DNA of 25,290 nt from positions 1 through 25,290 of IMG/VR virus record IMGVR_UViG_3300007992_000014; one strand, given 5' to 3'. The notes under the pieces are model-generated. The model was not told where the DNA came from. It saw only the letters and a list, made by a program, of their open reading frames with translations, and searched no databases. This stretch comes from a virus (taxonomy: Duplodnaviria > Caudoviricetes). This document shows, piece by piece, positions 9,295 to 17,680 of this stretch (position 1 is its first letter; each line of letters begins with the position of its first letter). A program made the position numbers and the translations under genes.

Positions 9295-12200
9295 ATGGCT
9301 AAGTCTACAAACACTTTTTTGAAATCCAAGATGAATCAAGACTTGGATGCTCGTATAATGCCTAAGGGTGAATACAGATCTGCAAAAAATGTTCAAGTAA
9401 GTGCTTCAGAAACAGAAAATGCTGGTTCACTTGAAAACATACTGGGTAACTCTAGTGTTTTAAACACACAAACTTTAACAGGTGTCAGTGGTCTATATTG
9501 CATAGGTCACAGGGTTCATAATGAGTCTAGTAATGTTTATCTATTTTTTACAAACTGGGACGGTTTAGTTGGTGGTCAAAAACCAATACCTTATTATCCA
9601 GCAGCTAAAAACTTTATAATACAATATAATTCTCAAACTCAAACCTCTAGAATTTTAATTAGTGGTGCTTTTCTAAATTTTTCAAAAGAAAATCCTATAT
9701 ATGGTGTTAATGTTTTAGAAAGTTTACTTTTTTGGACAGACAATAGAAACCAACCTAGAGTTATAAACATTGAGCAAGCTGAAGAAAATCCTTTTTATTA
9801 TACTACTGAAGATCAAATATCGGTGGCTAAATATAACCCATACAATTGTATAGATCTTTTTCAAGAAAGTTATTTATCTTCTACAGATAACGCTTACGAG
9901 TCAACTCTTAAAGATGTGGTTTCTAAAGAACTAACTAACGGTGGTTACGGAAGAGTAAACGCTGCTCAATCAGCTGGATTAACCACTGTTGTTGTTAATA
10001 GCTTCGTTGGAGATATAAGCTTAGTTAATGGAGAATATGGCGTAGCCGCTAGTGTAGGTTACACTGACCCTATAACTGGTCAAATAATACCTATAAATAA
10101 CGCTACCTTAAGCTCAGCTGTTTATACCAGTAGTAGTTCTACATGGACTTTAACTATAGCTAATGGTGTTTTTCCTCAGCTAACAGTTTTAAGTGATATT
10201 GTTTTAAATCCAAACCCTTATTACGACTCTAAGTTTGCTGGTGATCCAGATTTTTTAGAAGATAAGTTTTCTAGATTTAGTTATAGATTTAAATACGAAG
10301 ACAACGAGTATTCTATATTTGCTCCATTTACACAAGCGGCTTTTATACCAGAACAAGATGGTTATTTTTTATACGTAAAAAAACCAAACTTATCAGAGAT
10401 AGAAGACGAAAGCGACACGTATAGAAGTACTACTGTTTCTTTTATGCAAAATAAAGTTAACGATATAAAGTTAAGAATACCTCTACCTTTTAAAAACTAT
10501 GACATACAGAATAGTTTAAAATTAAAAGAAATAGATGTACTTTACAAAGAGTCAGATTCTACAGCTGTAAAAGTTATAGACACTTTAACTATAGACGAGA
10601 TACAGCAATCTGCTGGTATTTTTACTGTTAATGGCGCTGTTACAAACTCAGTAGGACCTTTTAACATAGACAACATAAAAGGAGGTGTTGTTGTTGGTGG
10701 TTTAGTAACTGGTTTTGGTATAGTTGGTAAACCTAAGATAACTGTTTTTGAACCTACTAATCCTAATAACCCTTCAGCTGGAGGTCAGGTAACTTTAGAT
10801 CTACCTCAAACCTTAGTTGACAACGTGGTTTTAAAAGTTAATGACCCTGATTATTTTGTTTTTAACTATCAATCAAAAAAACCATTTAAAACACTTCCTG
10901 AAGCGGATCTTATAAGGGTGTATGATAAAATACCTGTAAAGGCTCTATCTCAAGAAGTTTCAGGAAACAGGGTTATATATGCTAATTTTCAAAATAAGCA
11001 TACTCCGCCTAAATCCTTAAATTACAATGTATCGGTTTCAACTAAAGCCAATTTTGATTTAAAAATAGAAGAAGGATCTATACTTGGAGGTCCTTATAAT
11101 GGAACTACAATAAAAATAAGAAAAGGCTCTGTACCGCCTAGTGTTGGAGATTTTATATCTTTAGTGGTAGGTACTGGTAGTATACCGGAAGAAACAGAAG
11201 TTGTTTCGGTTACTGAAAACCCAGCAGGATCTGGTGATTATGATGTAGTTTTAACTAACTCGGTTACAAACCTAGTTGCAGCTAATATAGTTTTATTTGA
11301 ACCTGGCTCAGATACTTCACAAACATCTAGCATAATAGAATATCCTAACCATAGTGTTAAATCTAATAGAAACTACCAAGTTGGCATTGTTTTGTCTGAT
11401 AGATATGGTAGAACCTCTACTGTTATTTTATCTAATAACAAAGATACTATAGTAGTAAACGGTATAGGTTACTCTGGTTCTACCATATACTCTGCATATA
11501 TAGACCCTTCTATAATACCTTCTCAATGGCCTGGTAATTCTATAAAGCTTTTATTTAATCAAGCTATATTTTCAACATTAAACAAACAAACTGGAACACC
11601 TGGATTGTACAACGGGGATTCAGCTAGCTTAGCTTATAATCCTTTAGGTTGGTATTCTTACAAAGTTGTTGTAAAACAAACGGAGCAAGAGTACTACAAT
11701 GTTTATTTACCTGGTATAATGGCTTCTTATCCATCTGACGCCACTTTAGAATTAGGTAAAACTTCACATATAGTGTTGATAAACGATAATATAAATAAAA
11801 TACCAAGAGACTTAACAGAGGTTGGTCCTGAGCAAAGGCAATTTAGAAGTTCTGTTAGACTTTTTGGTAGAGTTGAAAATACAAACAACCCAATTATACC
11901 TAGCACTGATATTGGTAGCAGTAACAAACAATACTATCCTGAAAGATTTACAGATATAGTTTCTACAATATCAACTGTTAGAGATTTATTTGAATATCTT
12001 CCTTTTTCAGATGAAGCTCCTAGACCAGATTATTTTCCTCAATTTTATTCTTTAGAATCAAACCCTTTGATAGCTAGAATAAGTACTCATAAGAAAATAG
12101 GACAAACATCCGTAACAAATTACGAAACGGTTAGCGCTCAATCAGCTGTAGCAACAACAACAGACATAATAAGATTAGCAAGCATAGCTGGTGATACATC

Positions 12201-14142
12201 TACAATTAACGCAGGCGACAAAGTTTTAGGGTCTGGTTTTCCAGATGACTTAGTAGTTGAGACACCTGGATTTACCGCAGAGCAACCTATTTCAAATACA
12301 CCTGCTTTTGCAACCGCTGCTTCTTCAATAAGTAATATTATAGAAGTTAACACAACAGGTAATCCTGCTATATCCATAACTGTTGGTGATTTAGTTACAG
12401 ATCCAGCCAACTCAAACACTATACCAGCAGGAACAGTTATAACATCTATACAAGCAGCCACAACAAGTCCTGCTGCGTTTGCTAAACTTACTTTAAGTAA
12501 CGTTGTGCAAATAGCTGGCGGTGTTAATATAACAATATCAAACCCAGCTAGAATAAAAGTAAATAAACCAGTAAGCGTTGCAGCTGATCAAACTATAACT
12601 ATAGTTAACGATGAGGTACCTGGTATACAATACTTAGCTGTTTACGAAACAGAACCTGTAGAAAGTTTGTTAGATATATTTTGGGAATCATCAACAACTG
12701 GTTTAATATCTGATTTAAATAATTCTATAATAAATGGTTCTTCTGGAGCAGCTAGCTTTAGTAGTTTAAATCCTAGTCCTTTTACAGAAGGTTTAGCAAG
12801 CGGTGGGGAAATATTTGCAGCTCCGTTTAGTATTTTAGATAATTTTGGGCAAGTAATTCCTTTTAATCAAATAGATGAAACTTTAGAAATAGTAAGTGTT
12901 TCAAACGCAATACCACAAGAATTTAGTCCACCTTACTTTGAACTAGTTCAAGTTTCAGGTAACAACTTGTTTAACATAGTTACTACAGCGGCGTACTTTA
13001 ACGCTATGTTTTATAACTATTCTGAACCTTCAAGAACTTTTATTTTTAATTTTAAAGCAACAATAAATGGATTAATAACGTTTTTTGAAGAAGAAGTGGT
13101 CTTGCAAAACGTTTCACCGGTTATATCAGCGCCAACTCAAGGTCAAACTTTCTCAGCTACTCCATCGACTTCAATAATAACAACAATAAACGCTAAAAAC
13201 GGTAGCGCTAATAACTCAGGTTCAAACTCTTTGTCTGGTATTTTTAACGATGGAGATTGTACTATAATATCTCAAACATCTGGATCTGCAACAGGACCAA
13301 GCGTCGAATACTTTGGTATACAACCTTTAATTACATCAGGAGCTACTAGCGCTACATGGCAATTAAAAAATCTTTTTGTTGATGAACTACCCGTAGAAAC
13401 TTACTATCTTACAATACAAGTTCAAGATGCTGGTGGTGGAAGTTTTGCTGACACTGTAGATATAATAATAAACATGGGTGTAACAGTAACTAAGGTTTAT
13501 CAAAAAGTAACTATTACTTATAGCGATGTTGGCTTGCCAAACGAAGATGAGTATCCACCAAACGGAGCTCCTGGTTATAATTCCAATTGGCATAACCAAG
13601 CTTGGGGTAAATGGTGTATGCAGTTTCAAACTTATTTTTATGTAGCTACCGGACCTACTTCATCTCAGGGTTGGTATATATTTAATGGACCATTTAGTAA
13701 TTCAAGTTATAATTATTTCTGGACTTGGGCTGGTGGGGTTGATGATTCTCCAGTTGGTCCACAAACTACTTGGTCGCCAAACGGAACAATGGTCAATGCT
13801 CTGGCTGATGAAAACAATGTTATACAAGTTAACTTTGCTGAATCAAACACAACAATATACGAATTAAAAAGAGGAGGAACGGAAACAGCTGTTTTTAACG
13901 AGTGGTTCAATGGTAGCGGTGGATCTAGTAGCTGTAGGTATTCACAAAACTGGCCATACGCGAGTGGGTATACTTATTTTGCAGATGCTGTCCCTGCTGG
14001 CTGTGGTGAACCTGGAAATACTGTTCCACTTTATTGTGTTCCCGGTATGGAAAACGGAACATGGACAGGAAAAGCTTTAGATATAACCGCAAACGCGGCT
14101 CTATTTGGTTTAGATCAATATACTTTTGCTGTAGTAACTTAA
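9295..14142 (+). CDS. Large tail nozzle / 'stabilisation' protein (1615 aa) with inserted beta-repeat domains, cadherin/Ig-like domains and an aromatic C-terminal domain
   Basis: N-terminus NTFLKSKMNQDLDAR..P.GEYR.A.N and LLFWTDNRNQPRVINI resemble P22 gp10-like / crAss-like stabilisation proteins; beta-rich; cadherin-like NVSPVIS...YYLTIQVQDAGG near 13108-13440. Confidence 0.68.
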   Translation: MAKSTNTFLKSKMNQDLDARIMPKGEYRSAKNVQVSASETENAGSLENILGNSSVLNTQTLTGVSGLYCIGHRVHNESSNVYLFFTNWDGLVGGQKPIPYYPAAKNFIIQYNSQTQTSRILISGAFLNFSKENPIYGVNVLESLLFWTDNRNQPRVINIEQAEENPFYYTTEDQISVAKYNPYNCIDLFQESYLSSTDNAYESTLKDVVSKELTNGGYGRVNAAQSAGLTTVVVNSFVGDISLVNGEYGVAASVGYTDPITGQIIPINNATLSSAVYTSSSSTWTLTIANGVFPQLTVLSDIVLNPNPYYDSKFAGDPDFLEDKFSRFSYRFKYEDNEYSIFAPFTQAAFIPEQDGYFLYVKKPNLSEIEDESDTYRSTTVSFMQNKVNDIKLRIPLPFKNYDIQNSLKLKEIDVLYKESDSTAVKVIDTLTIDEIQQSAGIFTVNGAVTNSVGPFNIDNIKGGVVVGGLVTGFGIVGKPKITVFEPTNPNNPSAGGQVTLDLPQTLVDNVVLKVNDPDYFVFNYQSKKPFKTLPEADLIRVYDKIPVKALSQEVSGNRVIYANFQNKHTPPKSLNYNVSVSTKANFDLKIEEGSILGGPYNGTTIKIRKGSVPPSVGDFISLVVGTGSIPEETEVVSVTENPAGSGDYDVVLTNSVTNLVAANIVLFEPGSDTSQTSSIIEYPNHSVKSNRNYQVGIVLSDRYGRTSTVILSNNKDTIVVNGIGYSGSTIYSAYIDPSIIPSQWPGNSIKLLFNQAIFSTLNKQTGTPGLYNGDSASLAYNPLGWYSYKVVVKQTEQEYYNVYLPGIMASYPSDATLELGKTSHIVLINDNINKIPRDLTEVGPEQRQFRSSVRLFGRVENTNNPIIPSTDIGSSNKQYYPERFTDIVSTISTVRDLFEYLPFSDEAPRPDYFPQFYSLESNPLIARISTHKKIGQTSVTNYETVSAQSAVATTTDIIRLASIAGDTSTINAGDKVLGSGFPDDLVVETPGFTAEQPISNTPAFATAASSISNIIEVNTTGNPAISITVGDLVTDPANSNTIPAGTVITSIQAATTSPAAFAKLTLSNVVQIAGGVNITISNPARIKVNKPVSVAADQTITIVNDEVPGIQYLAVYETEPVESLLDIFWESSTTGLISDLNNSIINGSSGAASFSSLNPSPFTEGLASGGEIFAAPFSILDNFGQVIPFNQIDETLEIVSVSNAIPQEFSPPYFELVQVSGNNLFNIVTTAAYFNAMFYNYSEPSRTFIFNFKATINGLITFFEEEVVLQNVSPVISAPTQGQTFSATPSTSIITTINAKNGSANNSGSNSLSGIFNDGDCTIISQTSGSATGPSVEYFGIQPLITSGATSATWQLKNLFVDELPVETYYLTIQVQDAGGGSFADTVDIIINMGVTVTKVYQKVTITYSDVGLPNEDEYPPNGAPGYNSNWHNQAWGKWCMQFQTYFYVATGPTSSQGWYIFNGPFSNSSYNYFWTWAGGVDDSPVGPQTTWSPNGTMVNALADENNVIQVNFAESNTTIYELKRGGTETAVFNEWFNGSGGSSSCRYSQNWPYASGYTYFADAVPAGCGEPGNTVPLYCVPGMENGTWTGKALDITANAALFGLDQYTFAVVT

Positions 14143-14167
14143 TTAAAAAATAGGTAATAATAAACAT

Positions 14168-15871
14168 ATGGGTGCGGTAATTGAAGTAAAATATTTTAAT
14201 ACATTTATTCTGAACAAAACTAACAATGGTTCAGAAATGCCAATATGGAATGGCTCAAGAGGTATACCTAAAGACTTAGGAGGTTACGACGTGATTTCTG
14301 GAACAGTAGACGCTAACAACTGGGTTATTGAAGAATCTAGAATAAGAGGAGGTTACAACAATACATCTGTAGATTTTGGAGCTAAAGCATATATAGTAGA
14401 AGAAGACAAAGATGCTTCATTTTTAGGCAACTCATTAATATATTCTGGACCGTTCAACTCTAGAACTGGTATAAATAAAACAAATGTTTTTTCTGTTGGA
14501 GAAGACATAACTAAGTCGGCAGATCCAGCTAATGGTTCTATACAAAAACTATACGCTTCTGATTCAAATCTAAACGTTTTTCAAGAATTAAAAGTAAGTA
14601 GAGCATTAATAGATAAAGACGCTATATATTCTGCAGAAGGTGGAGGATCCGTGACGTCTAGCAATTTAGTAATAGGTGTATTACAACCTTATACTGGAGA
14701 ATACGGTATAAGTAAAAACCCAGAAAGCTTTGCGCAGTATGGTTATAATCAATATTTTGCTGATAAAAATAATAATGTAATAATAGAGTTAAACAGAAGT
14801 GGTCTTAATGAAATATCGTCAAACGGTATGAAAAACTTCTTTAGGACGGAATTAGAAAACACAAATAATTCAATAAGTGAAGGTTTTGTTACCGCTGGTT
14901 TTGATGTTTATAACAAACAATATGTGACTTCTATAAAAGGAAATCCCGTTCTTAATTCAAATTCTAACTATTATACTTTGTCTTATGATAGTAAGTATAA
15001 TGGTTGGGTGAGCTTTTTTGATTATAAACCAGAACAATTATTTAGCTTAAAAGATAAGTTTTATAGTGTTTCTAGCGGTAAGCTTTGGCAACATTATAGC
15101 ACAACAGCACCAAGAGGTAGTTTTTATGGAACAAGTTATCCTAGCACTGTTGACCTTATAGTAAATGACAATCCAGTAAAGTCTAAATCTTTTTTAACTG
15201 TAGCTTATGAAGGAAGTAATGGTTGGAGAGTAGAAAAAGCTGGAGCTGTTTCAGACCCAACAGGTACTCAGTTTTCTACTTCTTCGCAAAGCTGGATAGA
15301 AACTTTTGATTCTAGTAGCATAGTTCCTAGTTATTACGAAGGAGAATATACAGTTGTTCAATCAAACGCTATTGCTAGCGCAGCATCTACAAACGCAACT
15401 GTAATTATACAAAACCTAGTAGGTACTTTTGGTTCTAATAACCAAGTTATAATACCTGTAGATTCAACTGTAACTGGACCAGGTGTTTCTTTAAGTACAA
15501 AAGTTGTTAGTTACAACGCAACAACAGGCGCGTTAGTTGTTAACCAGAATTTAAATATATTAAAACATGCTCAACTTTCCTTTAGCAGATTTGTTAATAG
15601 AGGAAGCTACAATGCTGTTTTTGGAACAGCCACTCCTTCTTTTATAAATAAATATTACGAGGGTTTTAATAGAAAAGAAAACAAGTACGTTGCTAGTTTG
15701 ATAAATAATTCAAGAGTTAGTGCAGGAGAAGTTAATTTTGCCCAACAAATAGCAGGTATAAAAGGTTTTTACGCAACAGTTAGAATGTCGACAGATACAA
15801 CTACAGACCCAGGAGGTGAAAAGCAATTGTTTCAAGTTAGTACAACTTACACTCAAAACAATGGCTTTTAA
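14168..15871 (+). CDS. Tail protein resembling the C-terminal half of a stabilisation/nozzle beta-propeller (567 aa)
   Basis: Propeller-like motifs GSIQKLY, YGISKNPESFA, YFADKNN, ISSNGMKNFFR and TLSYDSKYNGWVSFFDYKPE. Confidence 0.62.
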   Translation: MGAVIEVKYFNTFILNKTNNGSEMPIWNGSRGIPKDLGGYDVISGTVDANNWVIEESRIRGGYNNTSVDFGAKAYIVEEDKDASFLGNSLIYSGPFNSRTGINKTNVFSVGEDITKSADPANGSIQKLYASDSNLNVFQELKVSRALIDKDAIYSAEGGGSVTSSNLVIGVLQPYTGEYGISKNPESFAQYGYNQYFADKNNNVIIELNRSGLNEISSNGMKNFFRTELENTNNSISEGFVTAGFDVYNKQYVTSIKGNPVLNSNSNYYTLSYDSKYNGWVSFFDYKPEQLFSLKDKFYSVSSGKLWQHYSTTAPRGSFYGTSYPSTVDLIVNDNPVKSKSFLTVAYEGSNGWRVEKAGAVSDPTGTQFSTSSQSWIETFDSSSIVPSYYEGEYTVVQSNAIASAASTNATVIIQNLVGTFGSNNQVIIPVDSTVTGPGVSLSTKVVSYNATTGALVVNQNLNILKHAQLSFSRFVNRGSYNAVFGTATPSFINKYYEGFNRKENKYVASLINNSRVSAGEVNFAQQIAGIKGFYATVRMSTDTTTDPGGEKQLFQVSTTYTQNNGF

Positions 15872-15899
15872 TAAATAATAGATATTAAAATAAAAAAAT

Positions 15900-16562
15900 A
15901 TGTTACCATCAATAATAGGAGCTTCATTAGGAGTAGTTAGCGGAATTTTTGGAGCAGCTTCAGCTAAAAAAAAGGCGCAAGCAGCTAAAGCAGAAAGATT
16001 AAAACTTCAAGCTAAACTAAAAGATCTAGAAAATAATAGACAACAAATAATAAACCCTTATGAAGGGATTCAAGATCTTAGCGCTATGATGAATAATCCT
16101 TTTTCTAGCTTAGGCGTAGCTACTGGAGCAGCTGAAATGAAAATAGAAGAAGCAGATATATCTTTAGCTAATACGTTAGACCTAATGAGATCAACAGGAC
16201 AGAGCGCTGGTGGAGCTACTGCATTAGCTCAAGCAGCTTTAAGATCTAAAAAAGGAGTTGCGGCGAGTATAGAGCAACAGGAGGTTAGAAACGAAATGCA
16301 AAGAGCTCAAGGTGAAGCTACCTTAAACCAGCAACTTACAGGAGAGCAAAGAAGATTACAACAAGCTGATGTGGCAGGTGCGCAGTTTCAATTTAACACT
16401 AGAGAATCAAGACAGATGCAAGAGCTTGATAGAACTTCTGATTTATTATCTGGAGCTCAAAATAGAGAAAACGAAGCGTTTAGAGATGAAACCTCAGCTG
16501 TTACAGGTATGTTTGGATCTCTTGCTGGTATAGCCGGCGAAAGACTAAGTATGGAAGCTTAA
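15900..16562 (+). CDS. Probable ejection / DNA pilot protein (220 aa)
   Basis: Gly/Ala-rich hydrophobic N-terminus (IIGASLGVVSGIFGAASA), Q/A/E-rich coiled coil and Gly-rich amphipathic C-terminus; first gene after the tail genes, where P22 gp7 / T7 gp14-type proteins sit. Confidence 0.65.
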   Translation: MLPSIIGASLGVVSGIFGAASAKKKAQAAKAERLKLQAKLKDLENNRQQIINPYEGIQDLSAMMNNPFSSLGVATGAAEMKIEEADISLANTLDLMRSTGQSAGGATALAQAALRSKKGVAASIEQQEVRNEMQRAQGEATLNQQLTGEQRRLQQADVAGAQFQFNTRESRQMQELDRTSDLLSGAQNRENEAFRDETSAVTGMFGSLAGIAGERLSMEA

Positions 16563-16574
16563 TAAAAAACAAAG

Positions 16575-17675
16575 ATGGAAAACAAAAATATCATAAATAA
16601 TCTTATAATAAAACAAATAAACGAAAGTGATGCGATAGCTTATAATTTAGATTATCTAGCTAGCCCAACTAATGCTGAGTTTAATTTGTTAAATAAAGCT
16701 TATCAATACACTGGTAAAATATATGCTAAACTAAAGTTATCTATACAAAACAACTCTTGTATTAGTGAAAACTGTGAGTTAGAAACTAAAAAATTACTTG
16801 AACTAGAAAGTGCTCCTCAAAAATCTTTAGATTTTTTATCAGATGTTATATCTCAAGTTTCTACTGTTGATGAGCCAAATTTTGATCCTAATAATAATTT
16901 TGTTTATACTGTTGTATATTCTTTATTAAGTTCAAAACCAGGGTTTAGCATAAACGATGGTTATGACGCAAAACTAAACCTTTTACACGATGGTACTCAG
17001 CAATTAGTTTTTAGCGGACCAGGTATAGAGGGAGAGTTCATAATAAATAACAGTGCGTTATCTTCATTACTTGAGTCAGGAACTTCTTTGGTTGTTTCCA
17101 CTCCTGATATAAATAAAGACATGCTAAGTCTGTTAAAAGACGTAGGTGTATTTAGTGAAGACATGGTTGACGAAGAAGGAAACTTAAAACCAGAAGCTAA
17201 AATAACTGAAGAGTTTATATTAGTTGATGCAGAATGTAACCCTATATATAAAATTATAGATTTAGGTGACAATAAAGGTAGAAACATACTTCAATACGAC
17301 ATGGATAAAATTAGTAAAAAAACAGATCCATTTATAAATGCAGAGATATCTGGTTTGTTAAGCTCTGAACAAGATGCTGTTGCTGCTTGGAACGTATATA
17401 TAGCTCAAGGAACTAGTCAAGAAGAAGATGATCAAATGGTTCAAAACGCAAACGCTGGTCATAAAAGTTGGTCTTATGAAAAAGACTTACCCTTGTCTCA
17501 AAGTAATAAAGTTTTATTTAGAAAAAAATATAAAGAGTATTTTATGAAAAATTATTTAAAACAATTTACAACAAATCAATTGCCTTCTGTAAAAGCAGAC
17601 GCTGCTGTGTTTGATCTTGAAGAATCAAAAAAACAAGAAGCTCAGAAATTTTTAGCTGATAACGACTTAAATTAA
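16575..17675 (+). CDS. Hypothetical acidic protein (366 aa), probable second internal virion/ejection protein
   Basis: Clean ORF between the pilot-like gene and the giant gene; function from synteny only. Confidence 0.5.
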   Translation: MENKNIINNLIIKQINESDAIAYNLDYLASPTNAEFNLLNKAYQYTGKIYAKLKLSIQNNSCISENCELETKKLLELESAPQKSLDFLSDVISQVSTVDEPNFDPNNNFVYTVVYSLLSSKPGFSINDGYDAKLNLLHDGTQQLVFSGPGIEGEFIINNSALSSLLESGTSLVVSTPDINKDMLSLLKDVGVFSEDMVDEEGNLKPEAKITEEFILVDAECNPIYKIIDLGDNKGRNILQYDMDKISKKTDPFINAEISGLLSSEQDAVAAWNVYIAQGTSQEEDDQMVQNANAGHKSWSYEKDLPLSQSNKVLFRKKYKEYFMKNYLKQFTTNQLPSVKADAAVFDLEESKKQEAQKFLADNDLN

Positions 17676-17680
17676 ATTAA

